From Octopus vulgaris (lineage: Eukaryota), in assembly GCA_951406725.2 (NCBI GenBank), contig OX597819.1, forward strand, positions 54,684,001 through 54,748,000: 64,000 bases of DNA, in the 5' to 3' direction. Position 1 is the stretch's first letter. Each line of letters opens with the position of its first letter. A program made the position numbers and the translations under genes. This document shows, piece after piece, positions 1-39,292 of the stretch. The notes under the pieces are model-generated. The model had not been told where the DNA came from and did not search any database. It saw only the letters and a list, made by a program, of their open reading frames with translations.

Positions 1-1174
1 GATAGAAGAACCCATCAAGAGCTTTCGAAGATGGTATAAAGACTCTCTGAATAATATTAAAACGGGAATTGAATCCAGGCAATTACAAAGCTTAACTGCA
101 GATCATGCTGATAACAAAGCTTCTCTGGCTTTTGTTGATATATAATATCAGAACTACCACAGCAAAAATGATTGAAATTAAGATTAATAAACACACATGA
201 AAATGCCTCGGTGTCCCAACTGGGCTCATTAAGATTGGTCTCTACTGACACAAAGCAAAGCTGAAGCTACCCTTAAATCCATCGCGGAAAAGTACAGGGC
301 TGGAAAAGCAATGCTCTTGTGTATGCTAGAAGATTCAAGTGACAAAGTTAAGAGATTAATCCAACCCAATCCTAGAACTTGTTGAAAATGGAAAGTTCTG
401 AAGGCGATAGAAGAAACACCGGGGAATTTCATGTTTAGAGAAATAACCGGATACATATTAACCAACAGGCAGAGACTAGGTTCAATGGAGTAGCAGGCAA
501 AAGCAAAAAGGAAAATTAGGAGAGACATTGTAATACAAGAAGTGAAAAGAGCAAAGGATGTCAGGAGAATAACGAAGGCAGTCCAGCAGGGCCAACAAGG
601 AGAATAGACAATGTCTCAGCTGGAATGATATGCATATGACTCCTATTAATATCACCTTCATCTTCAGGTGTGTATATAACTTTATGCCCCCGAGTACAAA
701 CGTAGTGAAGTAGGAGGAAATTAGATAACCCTGTGTGTCCGTTCTGCTAAGACAGACAGTGGACATACATTCTAAGATCATGCGAATTGGCACTATTTCA
801 AAGAAGTCCACGTAGAGGCACAATAAACTACTTAAGGAGGTCGTACACACGATTTGTACTATGTGAAGGAAGATGACGCCATGAGAAACGTTAACTATCG
901 TCTACACGGCGGGAAGTAAAAACATGGAACAGCTACGTTAATTGAATTATTGTATCAGGGTCTAGTGTATGGAGTGGATGGCTAAGAATGTTCAGCAGAC
1001 CTTCCAGAGTGGGAATCTTATTCAGAAATCCTCAACAGGCGCAGGAGTGGCTTTGTGGTAAATAGCTTGCTCACCAACCACATGGTTCTTGGGCAAGAGT
1101 CTTCTACTATGGCCTCAGGCCGACCAAAACCTTGTGAGTAGATTTGGTAAACGGAAACTGAAAGAAGCCCGTCG

Positions 1175-1225
<51 letters not shown>

Positions 1226-1525
1226 AGGCGCAATGGCCCAGTGGTTGGGGCAGCGGACTCGCGGTCGTAGGATCGCGGTTTCGATTCCCAGACCGGGCGT
1301 TGTGAGTGTTTATTGAGCGAAAACACCTAAAAGCTCCACGAGGCTCCAGCAGGGGGTGGTGATCACTGCTGTACTCTTTCACCACTCTTTCTCTCACCAC
1401 TCTTTCTTCTGTTGGCCTGCTCGCTTAGCCAGCGGGGTGGCGTCATTCGAAGGCTAAAACAATGCGAACGCATTGTGACCAGCGATGTATAGCAACATCT
1501 GATGGTCTGGTCGCTCTCGTGATCT

Positions 1526-1564
<39 letters not shown>

Positions 1565-2040
1565 TGAGTGTGTGTTTGTGTCTGTGTTTGTCCACTAAAC
1601 ATCGCTTAACAACCAATGCTGGTGTGTTTACGTGGCCGCAGTCAAATGACTGAAACAAATAAAAGAATAAAAGAATAAGAGAGGTGTGAAACAGAATTCC
1701 GTGCTCCACTCACTTTTGTCAAAATAGATTATTCTGATTGAATTCACTGCACCATATGAAAATAGAACGGAAGAAATTTGCTGTACAAGACGGGGAAATA
1801 TGTCAGCTTAGCTTCCAGTTTCCGAGAAGCTGGCTTCGAAACCAAAGTCATTGTCATAGAGATTGGCGCGAGGGGATTTGTCGGTAAATCTGCCTACGAT
1901 ATCATGTAACAACTCTATTTTTGTTAAAAAGAGGACCAAAGTTCTTTAGTGAATGGCTGAAGCATCCGAAAAGAGTTCCACCTGCATCTGGTCAAGGAGA
2001 AACCAAAGTGAACTTCAGAATGCAAAATTAATCCTGCGTA
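1..2040 (+). mobile_element. Decayed RLE-type (restriction-like endonuclease; Hero/NeSL-like) non-LTR retrotransposon, 3' part, interrupted by nested SINEs at ~1036-1680
   Basis: Frameshifted CCHC-like zinc-knuckle/RHN motifs near 730-840, and LIEFTAPYE...IEIGARGFVGKS at 1730-1890. Confidence 0.65.
1036..1680 (+). mobile_element. SINE family A with a family B SINE (1223-1530) nested in its internal (TA)n
   Basis: Family A: ggcgcaggagtggct..gaaactgaaagaagcccgtcg-(TA)n..gcagtcaaatgactgaaac. Family B: tRNA-like head with A box TGGCCCAGTGG and B box TTCGATTCC. Confidence 0.8.
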
Positions 2041-2350
2041 CATCTAGTATCTCAGACCGAGGTGGTTACAACATCCAAAGTATCTTGACTCTAAGACACT
2101 GCGAACTACCACCCAGGAAGGTGCAGGTTAAAATACAAATAGAAGCAAAAAATGTGCCGCAGAAGCGTACCCAGGAGTATGCAGCTCGGACCCCTTAGAC
2201 TGTAAGGAGTTAAGAACCGAAACACTTATATAAAGAGGGGTCTTTTTTCGCTGGAAACTTTCAGCTGTTCAGCCCTCCTAAGAGTTTACTACTGCTTACC
2301 TACCTACCTACTTGCCTACTTTATATATGTACACATGCATGCATGCATAC

Positions 2351-2425
<75 letters not shown>

Positions 2426-2495
2426 GGTCCCGGGTTGAGTCGGGGTTAACCACAGTAAATAAGGTACTCAATACATAGCAGAGTAAATTAATTTA

Positions 2496-2615
2496 TTTTA
2501 TAGAAGGAGCTTCTACAGGACTAGAACTGTTTCATTCAAAAGAAATCATCAGGAAGCTCCTGATGATTTCTTTTGAATGGAACAGTTCTAGTCCTGTAGA
2601 AGCTCCTTCTATAAA
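2496..2615. repeat. ~58-bp-arm palindrome with a degenerate hammerhead-like core (CTGATGA..GAAAC), between (TA)n tracts
   Basis: tagaaggagcttctacaggactagaactg...cagttctagtcctgtagaagctccttcta; stems II/III imperfect. Confidence 0.75.
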
Positions 2616-2637
2616 TAAATAAATATATATATAATAA

Positions 2638-2711
<74 letters not shown>

Positions 2712-4537
2712 GGTGCCCCAGCATGGCCACAGCTCGTGAGCTGAAACTAGAATCAATCAATCAATCATATATATATAAAATAAGTATGACATGATTGGAT
2801 GTAAGGGGTATGTTTCTTTTTTAAATATAGTGAAGGGCATTCGAGAACGATGTTATACTCTTTTGTGAGATTGTAGACCAAAGGTGATGTCACGACCCTG
2901 ACTGCATCTATTGCAGAATAATACTGTTAGCGGACAAATCTTTTGTAGTGGTTTTCGTTCTAGCTTTTCCTCCTTTTCTTCCTCTTGGTTTTATCCAATT
3001 CGACTCTGTAGCGTTTAGTCCTTTGTTTATAGTCACCCATCACTGTTTGCCGTCAGTCACTATCTTCTCCAACGCAGTGACAATCAGGCCACCCACTTCA
3101 GTGGGATGTCATTTGACATCTCACTGAGTCCTTATAACGGGGTTCTGGGTACCCTCTTTGACGTCGTTCACATTTCAACTCACAGAGTTCTCCGTATGGG
3201 TCACGTTTCTCATTTAGTAAAACTTAGTCTCCAGTAGGATAGACTCAACACTTGGCATATTCTGCTCTTTAACTGCTCATCTAAGTGAAGGTAATACCAT
3301 ATAAATTCTGCATCTTGAAATGGGTTCGTGTCACTTGTTGTGCCAGACCAGTACAATTTGAAGGACGAGAGAGTAGGACTGGTTTGGCACAAACCATGCC
3401 CACTATAATAATAAACCTCTACTATAGAGTGGAGTAATTTATAGAGCGTTTAATGAAGACCAAGGGAGTAATCCCCTACTGAAAATCTGGAGAGAGAGAT
3501 TCTACGGCAGACATATACGGTTATATCTAATCAATATCTAACGTCCTCTGTGGCTCTATGCCTGCAACGAACATGTTGACTTGTCTTTCTTTTGCGGTGT
3601 ATCCATGAATGGAGAGGAGGTAAGTGTACTTGGGGCTATGTACTTGGATCTGGGAAAAGCCCACCCAGCTCGGCAATACCTCTGCAATACCGTCGGCCAC
3701 AATAGTAAAGGCCAACCGACTCAGGAAGAGTAAAAGGTTCAGTTCAAAAGTGAGAAATATGTCGTCCAGTGTTTGAGAACAGGTGGGTTTACAGCGGTAC
3801 GAGTAGATGAGGATATTAACTGTTATTGAATGAGCAGAATAGAAACGATTCGGCCTCAGATAGGTTCCATGTGGAATAGTTGTTGTTTAGCTCCGGATCA
3901 GCTTTAATACCTTTTAATTGCATTAAAACGTATTAAAATGATTTAATATTCACAGCTGTGAGTCTCTCATTTTTCCCCAGGACTACATTATCTGATGTGT
4001 CCTCTTTTTAAAGGTGGTAATTTGTGATATGGAGAAGACTTGGCTCATTTTGTGGTAGGCTGACTCATCACAAAGTGGGTTTACTCGTTGGTTCGTACTG
4101 ATAGATAGTAGTATACATCAAAGTCACCAATGTTGATGATTTCAGAAGATATTACGAGTAAAAGTTGTCAACCATCGAAAATAACGAGAATAATTAATAA
4201 GACTTCAAAATTGCATTTTCTGATTTTTATTATTTACAATCGGAAGAATGATGGGTTGGCAGAATCGTAGAGCCTGGTCTTTAGGATACTTACTCCAGGA
4301 CTTAACGTTATGCCTTTCTTTTTGCTCTTCCAGATCGAATAACAAATACCTGCCAAATACTGGGGTCAATGTTAGTCCCTGCATATTTGTGGCCTTGTGA
4401 CTATGGTAGAAAAAGTCGGAACCCCAGAGTAAAAAATAATTACTTCAGATTATACGAAACAATGGCTTTAGTTGCTACTAGTTATGTCGTTTGTGTTATC
4501 GTTGTTAATTCTTTTAATAATGTTTGCAGACATTTAA

Positions 4538-4543
4538 TTTATT
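4538..4543 (-). promoter_or_regulatory. Candidate polyadenylation signal AATAAA of gene A
   Basis: AATAAA on the minus strand ~120 nt after the stop codon. Confidence 0.35.
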
Positions 4544-4662
4544 ACGAATCCTGTTACTAAATCACATCAACTCCAATTATTATAACGGATCATAACAAAG
4601 AACGGATTATGAAAAGAAGGTTAAGCAAATATCATTTAAACACATTTTCCACATTTGAGTTT

Positions 4663-30796
<26,134 letters not shown>

Positions 30797-30874
30797 CTTT
30801 GAATCAGATGGGGGTTTCCGAGTTGCACCGTTTCTTTCTTACTTCGTCTGGCCAGCAAAAAACTGCTAAGTAGT

Positions 30875-30880
30875 CTTATA
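30875..30880 (-). promoter_or_regulatory. Candidate TATA box (TATAAG) of gene A
   Basis: Lies ~80 nt upstream of the exon 1 ATG; position is plausible but the motif is common in AT-rich DNA. Confidence 0.3.
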
Positions 30881-31609
30881 AGCAGTAAAGCAGATGGAAA
30901 GCTTCACATGACCATTGTCGATTTAATATATATACAAACGATTACAATTGACATCAACAGTATCTTTTAAATTGAATAAAAAACTGCTTTTGATAGCTAT
31001 ATACAAAATCGTTGAAAACATAAAACTAGTAGCTTTTGAATTTACACAATGCCTCTTTCGTTAGCTTAAATAGATGGACTCTTGTCACGTCAACCGATGA
31101 AAAAGAAAATTATTGCTGGAGAAAGAAATCTTGTTGAATTCGTCTTATTCTTCGTGTGTGAGGTTTGCAAGCCAGATGTACAGTTCTCAATGAGAGTGTG
31201 AACACATCTGGTCAGTTGAGTTTACTGTCATGTTTTTGATTCTTAATGTATTTAGTAATTTGAATTATTTATCTCAGAATTGGAAAAAAAATGGCAAGAA
31301 AAATGGTCATGGTGAATATTTGTTACTTTGTTAGTCTCTTTATCTGTTTATATTTTTTGCAGTGATTTTTTTTGTTTCGTTTTTTTTTTCCACCTCCAGG
31401 GGCATTTAACTCTCTCTACATATTTTTCTGTTGCTTTATCCTTGAAAGTAGAACGAACTAGTTCTAAAGAAATAAATTTTAAAAATGCAGGTTAGTTCAT
31501 TACAATATTCGGAAGAGGGCAATGCAGTTCAACAGTAACAATAGAAATTAAGAAATAATGTCATCGACAAAAACTGTGTTGGAGAATTAGAACGAGAAAA
31601 GGATACAAA

Positions 31610-31890
31610 GAAAAGGGGGAAATGAGAACAAAATAAAGGAGAAGATAGAAGGAAGAAGAAAAAGAAGGATGGGAGTAGTAGTAGTAGGAGGAGAAGAAGA
31701 AGACGAAGAAGAAGAAGAAGAAGAAGAAGAAGAAGAAGAAGAAGATGTGGGAAAAGATGTGGGAAAAGAAGAAAATACTTTAGAGACGGCGGTACTGATA
31801 GACAGAAAGAGGAGGAAGGAGAGATAAAGGAGGTGGAGAAAAAAGAAATGGATAGAGAAGAGGAATACATATAAAGACATAGGAAAAGAA
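31610..31890. repeat. Purine-rich (GAA)n low-complexity tract
   Basis: Directly visible. Confidence 0.9.
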
Positions 31891-32186
31891 TACTTCAGAT
31901 AAGCTACCTGGAGAAGAAAGTACAGAACAAATAAACCGGAGGGGGGGGTATTTCATTTTAGCAGATTCATTCTTATAAGCAAACGTCTCAAAGTCCTCAC
32001 AAATGTCTTTTGTTTTGGCTACTCCTAGTTATTTCTTTGACTTCATCTTTGTTTAGATTATGCATATTACCGAGGTCATAAATATGTTCTCTTTTTTGTA
32101 TAACTGTAAGTCCCTTGGCTGCTGGAGATAAGGTTGGACAATTGTCGTGCTGATGACGGCTACTGAGTCAGAAACACGTGTCCACA

Positions 32187-32602
32187 AGGCGGCGAGCTGG
32201 CAGAAACGTTAGCACGCCGGACGAAATTCTTAGCCGTATTTCGTCTGCCACTACGTTCTGAGTTCAAATTCCGCCGAGGTTGACTTGGCCTTTCATCCTT
32301 TCGGGGTCGATTAAATAAGTACCAGTTACGCACTGGGGTCGACATAATCGACTTAATCCGTTTGTCTTTCCTTATTTGTCCCTTCTGTGTGTAGCCCCTT
32401 GTAGGTAGTAAAGAAATAGGTATTTCGTCTGCCGTTACGTTCTGAGTTCAAATTCCGCCGATGTCGACTTTGCCTTTCACCCTTTCTGAGTCGATAAATT
32501 AAGTACCAGTTACGTACTGGGGTCGATGTAATTGACTTAATCCCTTTGTCTATCCTTGTTTGTTCCCTCTATGTTTAGCCCCTTGTGAGAAATAAGAAAT
32601 AA
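32187..32602 (+). mobile_element. SINE family C (Deu/Nin-domain-like core) with internal tandem duplication
   Basis: ggcggcgagctggcagaaacgttagc head and gcctttcatcctttcggggtcgat..aagtaccag core present twice. Many further copies, e.g. 34298-34420, 36690-36890, 41568-41760, 58915-59128, 60540-60900. Confidence 0.8.
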
Positions 32603-33325
32603 GAAACACGTGTCCACGACTGTTCTCTATCTCTAGACCATAAGCCTTCCTTTTCCTTTTGGCATGTCAATTTTGAAGAATTCTTAATTCTTGAGAGTGA
32701 AGCTCGCATTAATTGCTATTTGGTAATTATCGCACATCCTCTAGGAGCGGAGATAATTTTTATGAATCAAGAATTTATGCTGTATGGTATTTGACATACA
32801 AGTATTTATCTAAGTTGTTCATATATACGCCACTGGCCACTCTCAGCTCAGTTTTGTCTAAATTATTTAAAGTATGCTAGCAGAAGAATTGAAAGCATGA
32901 AAGCAATAGTGGGACTACGTCAGAGAGTAGTTTGTAGTTATGTGACAAAAATTTTCTTACCCCAAGAAAAAACAAACAGAAAGTGAATATAACACTTTTT
33001 GTATTTTTTTTTAGAAGGGTAAAATGACTATTGTTATATTTCGGGACGGTCATATTTTTTGCCAAATAAACACACACACTGTTTATTCATTCTTCACTTC
33101 AGCTATATTATTGTTCTTATCTTTGTGTCTTTTGTCTTAAATCTTTCGTGACTCATCCTGTGGACTCATCAGTGCCTCTCCATCTCACGTGTCTCCTGTT
33201 CTGGTTAGCCCATTCCACAGAGTCACTAAAGAGATCACAAGATGTGTGAGGAAAGATTTAAGATAAAGGATGAACAATAATAAAGCTGAACTGAAGAACG
33301 AATATTTAGTGCATGTGTTTATTTG

Positions 33326-33400
<75 letters not shown>

Positions 33401-33549
33401 GAGTAGTTGAATGAATTATCTTATTATGGATAATTCGGTTAACCGATACCTGGGTAGCAAATTCACGTCAGAAAAACACGGTTGAAGCTACATGCCTAGT
33501 CAGAGATCACGTGCTATCGTGTGGAAATTTGTGTGTTTTTTTTAAATAC

Positions 33550-33957
33550 AAATAAATGAGAGAATGGAGTTGAACGACGAATTAACAAAATTCCTTTATT
33601 TTATTTTCGACATATGTTTCGAAGGCTGCATATTCCTAATTTCGAAGGAATAAGGGGTGCATTATGCCGCCTTCTCATCAGGAAAAGTAAGGAACTTATG
33701 TCAGCATCAAGACGCACAAAAACTTTTAGATGACTGCCCGCACGGAGCCCATTATCGCTATGGGCTCCGTGCGGGCAGTCATCTAAAAGTTTTTGTGCAT
33801 CTTGATGCTGACATAAGTTCCTTACTTTTCCTGATGAGAAGGCGGCATAATGCACCCCTTATTCCTTCGAAATTAGGAATATGCAGCCTTCGAAACATAT
33901 GTCGAAAATAAAATAAAGGAATTTTGTTAATTCGTCGTTCAACTCCATTCTCTCATT

Positions 33958-33962
<5 letters not shown>
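33550..33962. repeat. Near-perfect ~203-bp-arm palindrome (7-nt loop) between (TA)n tracts; inverted Penelope-type pLTR
   Basis: Arms 33550-33752 and 33760-33962 with one mismatch seen; mirrored ORFs 33601..33855(-) and 33657..33911(+). Confidence 0.95.
33826..33908 (+). ncRNA. Type I hammerhead ribozyme motif (mirror copy on minus strand at 33604-33686)
   Basis: Stem I TTTTC/GAAAA; CTGATGA; stem II GAAGGC..GCCTTC (extended); GAAA; palindromic stem III ACATATGT; GUC cleavage triplet, predicted cut after 33903. Confidence 0.8.
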
Positions 33963-34025
<63 letters not shown>

Positions 34026-34420
34026 CGTCCCGAAATGTAACAATATCTGTTTCAACACACGATTTCATATCAAGAATCTCACAAAACAAATTTATAAATG
34101 TAAAATGACTCGCCGATGTTATAATTGGTTCAGTTTCCACACAATGTCTCAGATCAAGTCACTTGCCAGACAAGTACACAGAACTCGAACCCGGAACAGT
34201 GTGTTACTGAATACTTCATCAAATTACCCTTATGCCAATGTATTTATTATGAATTGTCAATCCATTTTTAATTATTCTACGATATTAGTTCAATTTAAGG
34301 CGGCAAGGTGGCAGAACCGTTTGCACGCCTGACAAAATTTTTAGCGGCATTTTTACGTTTTAAATTCATATTCTACCCAGGTCGACTTTGCCTTTCATCC
34401 TTTTGGGGTCGATAAAATAA

Positions 34421-34750
34421 CATTATTTACATTTGACGGATATTTGTCCTCATCTTGTTTATTGTTAACACAACGTTTCGGCTGATATACCCTCCAGCCT
34501 TCATCAGGTATCTTAGGGAAATTTCGAACCTGGGTTCTAATTCCTAAGGTATTTTTCAATGTTGTTGTTGTTATTATTATTCAGGTCACTGCCTGGAATC
34601 GAGCTCAGAATCTTGGGGTTAGCAGCCCGCGCTCTTAACCACTACGCCATATGCCCAAGACACCTGATGAAGGCTGGAGGCTATATCAGCCGAAACGTTG
34701 TGTTAGCAACAAACGAGATGAGGACAAATATCCGTCAAATGTAAATAATG
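34421..34750 (-). mobile_element. Composite element: tRNA-derived head + (AAT/AAC)n + hammerhead tail, with an inverted copy of the hammerhead tail immediately 5' of the head
   Basis: Arms 34421-34514 and 34657-34750. HHR ACAC-CTGATGA-A-GGCTG..CAGCC-GAAA-CG-TT-GTGT at 34660-34703 (+) and its mirror at ~34468-34511 (-). A box TGGCGTAGTGG and B box GCTCGATTCC at 34581-34656 (-). Confidence 0.75.
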
Positions 34751-35477
34751 TAAATAATCTACATAATTCCTCATCTCTTAAATATAGAACTGTATTCGAT
34801 AAAATAAGTGGATCACTGTAATCGAATTGTCCCCTCCTCGAAATTGCTGGCCTTGTGCCAAAATTTGAAACCAATATTAGTTCAATTTTATAGCAACGGA
34901 TATAACCAACCGAATCCACCCAGTATATTATTATTACTTGGGTGGATTCGGGCGATGGAATGACAGAATCCGTAGAGCATCGGAAACAATTACTTGTGGT
35001 ATTTGTTTCAGCTCTACACATTTTGAGTTCAAATCCCGCCGAGGTTAGCTTGGCCATTCACCTATCTGGGGTCGATGTAATAAAATACCAGTCAAATACT
35101 GTTCCATCAAAACTACTACCTTTGTGTCTACATCATAAGCCATTACTGGAAAAGTCGTTAGAGCTTCGCAAAATAAAAAAAAATGCTTTGCGACATTTGG
35201 AGTTCAAATATCGCCGAGGTCAACTTTGCGTTTCATCATTACGAGGTCGGTAAAATAAAATACTTGTCGATTAATCGTCCCCTTCCACGAAAAATTTCAG
35301 GCTTTATACCTGTGTTTGATACGGTTTATACTTGGGGATTTGGGAAAAGAAGTCTGTCTCATCTCAATGTGAAATCAAAACCGGTTCACCTTTCGCGGCT
35401 TATTATTTAAGCTTACGTCAAATAGAGTGCCTAGAGCGAGCCCCGCCGGCCTGCATACGAAAAGCATGGAATGATGG

Positions 35478-35642
35478 AATTTGGAACCTGGGTTCTCATT
35501 CCTAAGGTATTTTTCGATGTTATTATTATTATTATCATTAATAATAATAATACCTTATCAGACGGGTAGTCATGATGGGTATCTTGGGCTTCGTATATTT
35601 TACCCCAGTGTCACTTTGATGGCACGAACTGCTCTCTCACTC

Positions 35643-35676
<34 letters not shown>

Positions 35677-35795
35677 GTAATAATAATAATAATATTATCA
35701 TTCAGGTCACTGCCTGGAATCGAATTCGGAATCTTGGGTTTAGTAGCCCGCGCTCTTAACCACTACGCCATATGCCCCAAGACACCTGAAGAAGG
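35478..35795 (-). mobile_element. Second, truncated copy of the tRNA-head/hammerhead composite, with a ~90-bp repeat inserted in its (AAT)n
   Basis: Same head and body, same junction tatgccc(c)aagacacctga. The insert at 35553-35643 matches 63873-63963 in reverse orientation. Confidence 0.7.
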
Positions 35796-37479
35796 GTACG
35801 GGTTTAGTCCTCAGTGTTGTTGTTTTGCATTTATAGTGAAACAAATATATACAAATTGTAAAAATAAAAAAATACAGTACAGTATTGTTTCCACTTCGCG
35901 GATTTTCACCTATCACAGTGGGGTTTGGAACGTAACGCCCGCGATAGTCGGGGGTTTACTGTAGAAAGGACTGAGAAGAACATTTATCTGAGGTATTATT
36001 TCGCCTCTTTCTCTCTCTTTGAGACTCCCTATGTTCATCATCATCATCATCATTTAACGTCTCTCTTCCATGCAGGCATGGGTTGGACGGTGTTCTGAGT
36101 TCAAAATACGCCGAGGTCGACTTTGCCTTTCATTCTTTCGGGGTCGATAAAATTAAGTATCGGTCAAGTACTGGGGTCATTTTAATATACTTGTCCCCTC
36201 CTCTTAATATTGCTGGCCTTATGCCAAAATCAGAAAGAATTAGAGTTAGTTCCCTTCTCTTCACGTTTTAAGATACAAAAATATGACAAAGTGGTAACCA
36301 ACTTTAACTTCTAAGCCAACATTTTCCAAAGATTTTATTCTTGGGCAATCCTTGAAATACATTCACTATCACAAGGAATGCTTACATCAATCCTTTTCTT
36401 TTTGTTTCATCAAATTAAATTTCAGAGATGGATTAAACAGGTGGTTCCACACCATGGACACTGGTGCAATGACTGAAATGAGCAAAAAAAAAAAAAAAAA
36501 AGAAGCTAAAACAAACAAACAAACAAAAAAAAGAACAAAAACAACAGAAAAACGAATAAACAAACAAATATAGGCATACGCGCAGACGTAAGTGTGTGGT
36601 TAAGAAGACGGCTTTGCAGCCACGTGGTTTTGGCTTCAGAGTTAATGTCATTCAATTACTTTCAGGTGTAAATTTGCTAGTAACTGTTAGGACGGCGAGG
36701 TGGCGGAATTGTTAACACACCGCACAAAATGCTTAACGGCATTTCGTCTGTCTGCAAGTTTCTGAGTTCAAATTCCGTCGAGGTCGACTTTGCTTTTCAT
36801 CCTCTCGTGGTCGATAACATAACTACCAGTTGATGGAATCGACTTATCCCCTCCCCGAAATTGTTTGCCTTGTGCCAAAATTTGAAACCAGTTTGCTAGT
36901 ATTGTTGTTGTTGCTATTTCGCCCAGTTCTGGGCTGAGTATGATAACAAGCATGGATCTGTAACTTCCTTTTGTAATGGTTCACCTTCAGTTTTTATTTA
37001 CATCTACTCCTGGCAAACATATAATATATTATATCTTAATATTGAAATATCTCCCAACCTCATATCCCTACATCACCGCTTTTGCATTATTACCAATACT
37101 CATGTAAGCATTAACTTGTGACAAAACATTATCTAAAAGCCATCAGCTGTTTAATCTTCCACAAATACAATAAATTTAAAGAATTTCTACAGGGGGCCTG
37201 AAAAACCCACAGAGAACATCTTTGCGGCCCACCTATTGTCAACCTCTGATCAAAAACATCTCTGTTATGGTCATTTTGTCTCTGTCTCCTTCTGTTTCTC
37301 TCCCCTTCTGCCTCTCTTTCTCCGTCTCTCTCTTCTTCATCTGTTAGGTATCATGTACCTTATGTTCCATTGTTCAACACATTAACCATTGTATTATTAA
37401 ATGGCAACTTTTTTTAGGTTGTGAATTAAGGAGATGAAGACTGTTGGATTTGAGTTAAGGAGTTTAAGACGCTAGGGTG

Positions 37480-38150
37480 CGAGTTAAGGGCCGAGTGCCC
37501 ACGTGGCCGCTCCATTAACTCCCCAGTTATTCCATACAGCAGCGTTTCTCAGACTGATAAATATTTCCTTTTCCACGTCACACCCAAAAAGTATTAGCGA
37601 AAACTTTTGGGATCTCCCTTTTTATCACTGAGTAGACAAAGCAGTTTCCTAATTTTCTTTCCTAATTTCTATGATTCCATAGGGTGCCAACAAGATATTT
37701 CTATCTCTCCCGAACTTTGGTAATGGATTACTGCCCAATCTTTCAGTTTCTCCAGACCTTCTCTATGTTTTTGGTCTGTTACACTTCCATCTCCCTTGGG
37801 GTGTCCATCTTTGTGATGTTGGTAGTTTCCGTAGGGTTTATCCCAGCTGACCCCATTTTCTCTTCTTGATCTATGTTTCGTTAGGATATGAATTTGCTTG
37901 TTCCCGGAGTCCTGTTTGTGAGTCTGTTTTGCCATCTCACCCCAAGGCTATACCGGACACATCTATTCACAGATGTTTGGAGCTTGTTGATGGAGAAATT
38001 TATGATTCGTCTTGTTTTACATACGTACAACAGAACCGTCTTCACGTTCGTGTTGATCCTGCACTCTAGGAAATAATCTTTTTTCGTCGACCATCTTAAT
38101 TTTATCAAAACATTACTATTTGTCTGCCACATTCTCAATCTTCATCGACC
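37480..38150 (-). mobile_element. Decayed RTE-type LINE 3' fragment
   Basis: RINTNVKTVLLY..KLQTSVNRCVRYSLGVRW motif and (TTAACTC)-like tail repeats. Confidence 0.65.
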
Positions 38151-38914
38151 TCCTACCACTTTTGAGGAACCACAGTGATATTCTAATATTTAACTTTAGC
38201 GACTTCTAATTCTCTTTGATTTACGGCGCATCAAATTTCGATTAAATCTATTTCACTCGTTAAGTTTTCATTCACACCGTAAAATTTTTATTTTATTCGA
38301 AGGCATACATAATATTAATTTATAATTTTGGAGTTCGTAAAAAAACAAACAAAACAGTATCTTCAAATTTTAAAGGATTACATCGAAATAGAATTCCATT
38401 TATTGTTACATCCTCTCTAGTATACTATGAAATATCATAGGTTTTATATTTCATAGTATAATAACAAAGTGTCTCTTTTGAAGTATTATTGATTATCTAC
38501 CGGTAAAAGTGTGTTTTTGAAAAAACTTACTGACAATAGGGCTTTGATACAGATTTATGTAAATGGTTATTGACGTATAAATTTGTATAGTGCCAATCGA
38601 GAATTATGCAATTCTCAATTAAAATGTTATGCTGTTGAAACGGGTGTGTGTGTGTATTAAGGGTATATGTGGAGCATGTATATGTGTGAATGTACGTGTA
38701 TATAATATATATATATATATTTGAACATATGTATATAATTTAGAGAAAAAAACATCTATTAAACAATTCAATAATGAAAGATGTTATTCACACCATATAG
38801 AAAATATGTACTATAAAAACCTTATTCTAAAAATTCAATAAAGTACAATAAATAGTAAATAGTAGTAAAAAACATATGAAACAGGTGACAAATAGGAAAA
38901 TATACTTTTCCACT

Positions 38915-39292
38915 CTAGGCACTAGGCCCGAAATTTTTGGCGAGGGAGTCAGTCGGTCAGATCGACCAGTACACAACTGGTACTTAATTTATCGCCCCCG
39001 AAAGGATGAAAAGCAAAGTCGACATCGGCGGAATTTGAACTCAGAACATGAAGTCAGACGAAATACCTATTTCTTTACTACCCACAAGGAGCTAAACACG
39101 GAGAGGAGAAACAAGGACAGACAAACGGATTAAGTCGATTATATCGACCCCAGTGCGTAACTGGTACTTATTTAAACGACCTCGAAAGGATGAAAGGCAA
39201 AGGCGACCTCGGCGGAATTTGAACTCAGAACGTAGCGGCAGACGAAATACCGCTAAACATTTCGCCCGGCATGCTAATGTTTCAGCCAGCCT
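38915..39292 (-). mobile_element. SINE family C with internal duplication
   Basis: Reverse complement of 32187-32602. Confidence 0.8.

Noticed and set aside
1223-1295. tRNA genes at SINE heads (also 13544, 34581 and 35703)
   Set aside because: A and B boxes are present, but there is no complete cloverleaf and each continues into a repeated SINE body.
33601-33911. Identical 84-aa ORFs on both strands (also 55373..55730)
   Set aside because: A by-product of the palindromes; no coding features.
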